From: Blastocystis sp. Blastoise
Taxonomy: Eukaryota; Protista; Bigyra: Opalinata
Length of the DNA: 64,000 bases
NCBI GenBank assembly: GCA_039096225.1
Contig: JBBPEB010000019.1
Span: 186,001-250,000, forward strand
Reading direction: 5' to 3'
The position numbers were made by a program, and so were the translations under genes. The number at the start of each line of letters is the position of its first letter. The first letter of the stretch is position 1. Below, piece by piece: positions 58,219 through 64,000 of the stretch. The notes under the pieces were generated by a model that did not search any database, was not told the origin of the DNA, and saw only the letters and a program-made list of their open reading frames with translations.

Positions 58219-58941
58219 CTAATAATTACTGGCATATTTTCTGGTCCATTCTATTGCTATGTAAAAAGAAACATAATAATAAGTTTCATAATAAACATAA
58301 CAATAATAATAAGTTTCATAATAAACATAATAATAATAATAATAAGTTTAATAATAAACATAACAATAATAATAAGTTTAATAATATATATAACAATAAT
58401 AATAAGTTTAATAATATATATAACAATAATAATACATATATATATACCTTTTTGTTTAGCTCCTTGTTCATCATCAGTCCAGTGTTTTGCTATTTTAACA
58501 TCTAAGGGATCAGAAGGATTAGGAGAAGATAATAAACCTCTTAATGTAACAAGGACATTGGCCATAGTTGTAATGGGTTTCCAATCGGATTTTAAGAGAT
58601 CTAAACAAATTCTGCCTAGTTCATCAATATTTGGGTGATATATAGGAGTAAGAAAACGAATTTGAAGAGCTTTCTGAGGATATCCATCGGGTAAAAAAAT
58701 CTCTAATTCAAATACACCTCCTTCATAAGGAGAATCTGCAGGTCCAGCTATTTTTCCTTTAAAATAACGTGGATTAGACGCATCTGCAAAGAGGGCACAT
58801 CCAGGAGCTAAAATATATAATAATTTATGAAAAATTTATACATACGACAACTCTTTATTCTTTCAGTTTCCTATAGAATTGACAAGATATATTATTCTAA
58901 GTAGTTAAACATACAACTTGAATTCTTCTAGGTAAAGACAT
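58219..58941 (-). CDS. E2 ubiquitin-conjugating enzyme, UBC13/UBE2N-like, 4 exons
   Basis: MSLPRRI..ETERI...NPRYF...GPADSPYEGGVFELEIFLPDGYP...IRFLTPIYHPNIDELGRICLDLLK..W...PNPSDPL..IAKHW...AIEWTRKYA. Confidence 0.9.
58268..58432. repeat. Intronic minisatellite (about 27-bp unit)
   Basis: Tandem AATAAGTTT(C/A)ATAATAAACATAACAAT-like units. Confidence 0.7.
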
Positions 58942-59235
58942 TGGGATTAATGAGTAATGACAAAAATATTTTATAAATAATAACTGAAAAAAAATGAAAC
59001 TAGTGAAGATTTCAGTGAAATAACTAGTAAAATCATGGTTTTTATGAACATAGTTTTTTACTTGATTTCTTTTTCTTTTCGGAATTACCAAAAGTAGCTC
59101 AATAAAAAAACATTGATAACACAAGAGATCTTCATATAAATAATTATAAATATAAAGTTCATTCAATTCTCACACTTGAATTCATTATTAGATCATTTTC
59201 TTTTCTTTTTTATTCTTGAATAAGTATTTCAGAGT

Positions 59236-59736
59236 ATGCCGAAGTCAAAAAGATCAAATGAAGTGAATCAAGAAAAGATGGAAAAGAAAAAGTCAACTAA
59301 AAAACATCATCATAAAAATGATAAATTGAAGTTGAAGGATAAAAGTGATAAATCGAAACAAATGAGTCTTATTAACAAAGTATCATCATTCCTTGAACAA
59401 CAAAATACGTTATCTAATTCCAATATACATACAGATAACAAATTCAAATTTATATCCTCAGAAATTAAACCATTACAAGAAATTAATGAGTCTCATAACG
59501 AACCATTTATTTCTATGCAAGACATGCAACAAGATAAATTAGAAGAAAAAGAAGAAGAACCTGTTTTTAAAGTTCATAAGAAATCACAAAGTACATCATT
59601 GGGTCCATCTCGTCCCTTTGTGTTATCGAATGAAGAAAGAAAAAGAATTGGATTATATTATAAACGTATTCCTATAAATAGAGAAGAAAAAGGATTTGTA
59701 GTTACTGTAGATACAGAGTATTTTATATGTATGTAA
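59236..59736 (+). CDS. Hypothetical lysine-rich protein (3' end uncertain, possible short terminal intron)
   Basis: 166-aa ORF with coding-like composition, divergent from the UBC13-like gene; no recognised motif. Confidence 0.6.
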   Translation: MPKSKRSNEVNQEKMEKKKSTKKHHHKNDKLKLKDKSDKSKQMSLINKVSSFLEQQNTLSNSNIHTDNKFKFISSEIKPLQEINESHNEPFISMQDMQQDKLEEKEEEPVFKVHKKSQSTSLGPSRPFVLSNEERKRIGLYYKRIPINREEKGFVVTVDTEYFICM

Positions 59737-59989
59737 AACATTTGTTATGTTGATTTATACTCGATTATTTTTTAGAATAACAGTTAATAAAAGAAAATGC
59801 AAATATATATTTTTTTTATTAACTGATTATATCTAATAAAATAATTACGTTTTCAAAAATAATTTAAGAAATGATATTAAAGAATAAGAACACAACATTA
59901 AGTAACAATACAGAGAGTAATGAAAAATAAGAACCCCAATAAAAAATAGAAAGTATATTAATAAATATGTTCTATACAGTATAGAATAT

Positions 59990-60521
59990 TTAAATAGTAA
60001 CTTGACCACCTAGAGGAGTATTTTTAGTTTCAGTTGTACCGACTTGTTTATTATTCTTGCGTTTACAGCATACAATAGAAATGACGACAATAAGAATAAT
60101 AACAACTACAATTACAACGACGCCAATAATAATCCACATTAAAGCTATACAGAAGAAAGTTATAGTGATTATTGAAGTAATTATATATAAAGTTAATAGT
60201 TGTTAACAGTGTCTTTGATAATAATATAGAAAATAGATATATACTCATATCTTTAGGAGCTTCAGTAGGAGCAGTAGTAGGAGCAGTAGTGGGAGAAGTA
60301 GTAGGAGCTTCAGTGGGAGCTTCAGTGGGAGCAATACAACCTATATAATGTAATTAATATATAAATATGGAATATATCATTTGTAAGTTTTAATAAATAG
60401 ATAGAAATTAAGATGTATAGAGTTTAGTTGAAAATGAAAAGCAACTATTATTTATAGAATATGTACCATTTTGAGAAGTTCTACCAACAGTCATAGAATC
60501 CTTCACAAATAATTCAGCACC

Positions 60522-60562
<41 letters not shown>

Positions 60563-61561
60563 CATAATAATAATAATAAATCTAATAATAATAATAAATC
60601 TAATAAACGTAATAATAATAATACTAAATACCTTCAATTTTAAAGTAAGTATCATCCGTAAATTCGACAGAGGGCATCATGCCTTCAGCTAATTCTCCAA
60701 GATTCATCATCATATATATAGAACATTTATTAGCTTCACTATACAATTATAATATATATATATAGAAGACTATTAACACTAACTGAGAAAAATATACATA
60801 TATATATGAAGAATTATAAAGAATAACTAAACTGATGAAAACAAAAGAATAATGATAATATTATTAAATAAATAGAAGCAACTATACATAAATGTATAAT
60901 AAATAGAATAACATATGTATACGATAAATTATATTCAACATCTTCAGTAATAGAACCATCGCAATCAGCAAGAAGAAACTCTTGAGCAGAAGTAGGATCA
61001 TTATATATAAATGTTTGAGTTCTATTCACTTGATTACACTTAAAATAACCTATAAGAATATATTCAATATTAAAAGAACAATAAATAATAAAAATATTAT
61101 TTGAAAATACCTGATAAACTAGGATGAGCAGTGCATCCACTAAGTTCAACTCTACAGAGATACAATATAGAGCATTTTAAATAATATATATATATTATTT
61201 GATCAAACAAAATTTTAAAAAATTTAGAAAAACAAACATACTGACTATTGAATATGAAAGCAGGTATAGCATAACAGTTTTCATCACCATAAAACTCAAT
61301 AGTAGACTTCAACTTAGTGGGTAACCCATCAGTAGGTCCAGAAAAAGAGTATACATCACGTCTGTCTATAATTGATCATATATATTTAAAATATTTATAA
61401 TTGTTTGAAGATTATCATACTTGATTCACAGTTAGCTGTAAATTGTCCACATTCTAAATAAAGATTTAAATAAATAATGACACTTAGCTGTAGATTTTAT
61501 TATAAATACGTTGAGCAGAAACAAGGACTATAAGTATAGCACAAGTAAATAAGAATTTCAT
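59990..61561 (-). CDS. Type-I membrane surface protein with Cys-containing ectodomain and PT(E/T)A mucin-like stalk, multi-exon
   Basis: MKFLFTCAILIVLVSAQ signal peptide, APTEAPTEAPTTSPTTAPTTAPTEAP stalk, TM MWIIIGVVVIVVVIILIVVISIVCC, tail ending PLGGQVTI*. Confidence 0.8.
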
Positions 61562-62488
61562 CGTTAATAAGCAAGAACTCTTGATAAATGAATGAATGAA
61601 AAATATGAACCAAAAAAGAATCGACGAAGAAAGAGCATGAAGAGCGAATTATTTTCCCCTTTGACATCCATACATGTTTATGTCAGTCCAATCCTTACTA
61701 TTTATTGGCTAATCAAGGTATTCCATCCAATTATATAAAACATCATCAATTTGTAAAACATTTTTGGTTCTTTTGTATCTTCAATATTGTTATTAGAATT
61801 ACATTCCATGATTCTTGTATATAACCATGATTATTATCATCAACAACAGTCTATTTTCATTTTTATTCAATTTACTTTAACGATGATGTTTTCATTCAAA
61901 CCTCATTTTTCATTCCTATCATTTAATTTTCTTTTATTTTTGTTTTCTTTAGAAGAATATGATTTATATATATATTTTTAAATGTTTATATATTCTTGAC
62001 GAGATGACGGATTTCTAATATGATAATAGTTCTTTATTTTATTATATTATTCTCTTAACAATACTGAAGAACAGTCGCTTATCATTAAATTCATAAAAAC
62101 ATTATTGAAAATAATCATAGCTTAATAAAATTAAATTAAGCATCATAAATAGTTAAAGTTAAAACCAATTGATCAATAAACAATTTTTTCAACTGTAATA
62201 TACATTTCATTATATGTAGCCCATGTTGTGTATATCATAAAACACGCATATATCAATGAATTTCAAATAATAAAGTAATTTTTAGTGAATGTCCAGTGCA
62301 TTCTTAGACTATTTGAATAAATAAATATACACTGAGTAACAATAATCATATATATATATATATATATTAATATTACCTAAAACATTATTCTTTAAGAAAG
62401 TAACCCAAAACGATAAACGAAAAAATTTTTATAAGAAAATTTGATGGTATACAATTCAAAAACTTCATTTCGTTATTATATCTGTATT

Positions 62489-63949
62489 ATGAGTCAAAAA
62501 TCTGAAGAAAATCCTTTAAAGAAGAATTTACTGTTAGTTATCTTCGTGTATGTAACCATGACCTATTTTGGTGTAGCTGAAGGTGTCAAAGGTGTAACAT
62601 TACCTACAATAAAAGAAGAATTAGGAAATGGTTATGATCTACAAGGTGTTTTACTTGCAATTACGGGATATGGATATGTTATCTTCTGTATTATTGCAAC
62701 ATATGTTCAAGATAAATTAGGTTCTAAAGTATCGTTCACTTTTGGATTTTCTTTATGTTGTATTGGATGTATTCTATGCTATTTCGCATCTTCATTTATT
62801 ACTTGTATGCTTGGATTTTTATTTTTTATGATGGGCTTTGGTTTTTTCGAGATTTCTTTGAATTATGTATCTACTGGAGTCTTCAATAAATGTTCTGCTA
62901 TCTTTATGAATCTTATGCATTTCTTCTATGGTTTAGGAGCAATTCTTGGTCCTTGGTTTGCTTCTTTATTCATTACTCTTTTACAACAAAGTTTTCATGG
63001 TCCTTATATAGCATTAATTGTACCTACAATTCTTCTCTTCTTCTTTGCTTTATTTATGAATTTCAAAGCAGTAACAGATGTCTGTAAAGATGAGCAACAA
63101 ACAAGAAAGAAAGAGAAGAAATCGACTTGCTCTTGGTTATCTAATAAATACGTATGGATCTTAGGAATATGTTTAGGTGTAATGGAATTAGGTGAATTTG
63201 GTGCTATGAATTGGGGTGGACTTTATTTTAAAGATTTATATGGCTATGATCCAACGATACAAGGAGCTAGTTTTGTGTCTATATTCTATGGTTTCTTTAC
63301 TTTTTCACGATTAATTAGTGGTTTTTGGATTGAGAAAGTAGGATTATTAAAATCTTTATATATATCCTGTGTAGTTACTATTATTATCTTAGCAATAGGA
63401 TTCTCAGTTGGCGAATATGGGTTATATATACTTCCTATAAGTGGGTTCTTCTTAGCTATTATGTGGCCTACATTGATGTGTTATGCAATGACTATTTTCG
63501 AGAAGAATACACCTATTGCGTCTAGTGTTATTATTGTTATTTCTGGGGCTCTTCATAATATATTACAACTTATATGTGGTTTTATAAATCAATATATTGG
63601 TTATGTTTGGGGTTATCGATCTAATACTATATATATGATTATTCCTATTATTATGTTAGCTATAGCTGATTGTAATCATAAGAAAGACTTAAAAGAGATA
63701 GAAAAGAAGGATAATGATAAGAATAAAGAGGATGTTGAAATGCAATCTATTGAAGAAACGACAGATTCACGTGACATATCTCAAGATCACGTGAATCATG
63801 AAACACCAGAAAACTCTATTCCATGTGATTCTAGTATTATAAATAATAATGATGATTCTTGTAAGAAAAATATAGATGATAATAATAATATTTATAAGGA
63901 AAAAGAACAGAGAGTGTGTACTACAAATGATATTATACAGAATCATTAA
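62489..63949 (+). CDS. Intronless MFS transporter, paralog of 40540..41976
   Basis: About 12 TMs; NLMHFFYGLGAILGP, EFGAMNWGGLY, RLISGFWIEKVG. Start taken at ATGAGTCAA (MSQK). Confidence 0.9.
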   Translation: MSQKSEENPLKKNLLLVIFVYVTMTYFGVAEGVKGVTLPTIKEELGNGYDLQGVLLAITGYGYVIFCIIATYVQDKLGSKVSFTFGFSLCCIGCILCYFASSFITCMLGFLFFMMGFGFFEISLNYVSTGVFNKCSAIFMNLMHFFYGLGAILGPWFASLFITLLQQSFHGPYIALIVPTILLFFFALFMNFKAVTDVCKDEQQTRKKEKKSTCSWLSNKYVWILGICLGVMELGEFGAMNWGGLYFKDLYGYDPTIQGASFVSIFYGFFTFSRLISGFWIEKVGLLKSLYISCVVTIIILAIGFSVGEYGLYILPISGFFLAIMWPTLMCYAMTIFEKNTPIASSVIIVISGALHNILQLICGFINQYIGYVWGYRSNTIYMIIPIIMLAIADCNHKKDLKEIEKKDNDKNKEDVEMQSIEETTDSRDISQDHVNHETPENSIPCDSSIINNNDDSCKKNIDDNNNIYKEKEQRVCTTNDIIQNH

Positions 63950-64000
63950 ATGCTACTAATAATAGTTCTCCTGTTAATATAAATCCTATATATTATTTTC

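Noticed and set aside
59729-59777. Stop codon assembled across an intron (T|AA)
   Set aside because: An unspliced stop at 59736 and an alternative upstream donor fit equally well; RNA data are needed.

Overview
Very AT-rich, intron-dense eukaryotic DNA. The gene content (GPCR-PIP kinase fusion, bacterial-like intronless MFS and maltose acetyltransferase genes, large Ig/PIG-repeat surface protein) suggests a Blastocystis-like gut stramenopile, which is my inference only. By splicing exons manually at GT-AG sites I reconstruct 23 protein-coding genes and one tRNA-Glu(TTC). They include three small type-I membrane proteins (two are tandem paralogs), a large surface protein, three tandem TetA/DHA1-like MFS transporters, Maa, UBTD-like, a SelW/Rdx-like protein, a GNAT, Wss1, GPCR-PIPK, an ODC-like protein, two intronless MFS genes, a ferric reductase/NOX-like protein, a coiled-coil protein, ZnF-OTU, BRCA1-like, SBP2-like and UBC13-like. 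Main points: (1) a U12-type AT-AC minor intron in the ferric reductase gene; (2) an apparently catalytically dead, antizyme-inhibitor-like ODC paralog preceded by a structured leader with stacked uORFs, which also carries U1- and U2-snRNA-like motifs; (3) a divergent SBP2 with a PAM2-like motif and an N/Y-rich insert, plus a SelW homolog without Sec; (4) introns built from (TA)n/(TTA)n microsatellites; (5) gene conversion between tandem MFS copies. Most short ORFs in the supplied track are exon fragments or microsatellite artefacts. Coordinates of multi-exon genes are start codon to stop codon spans.
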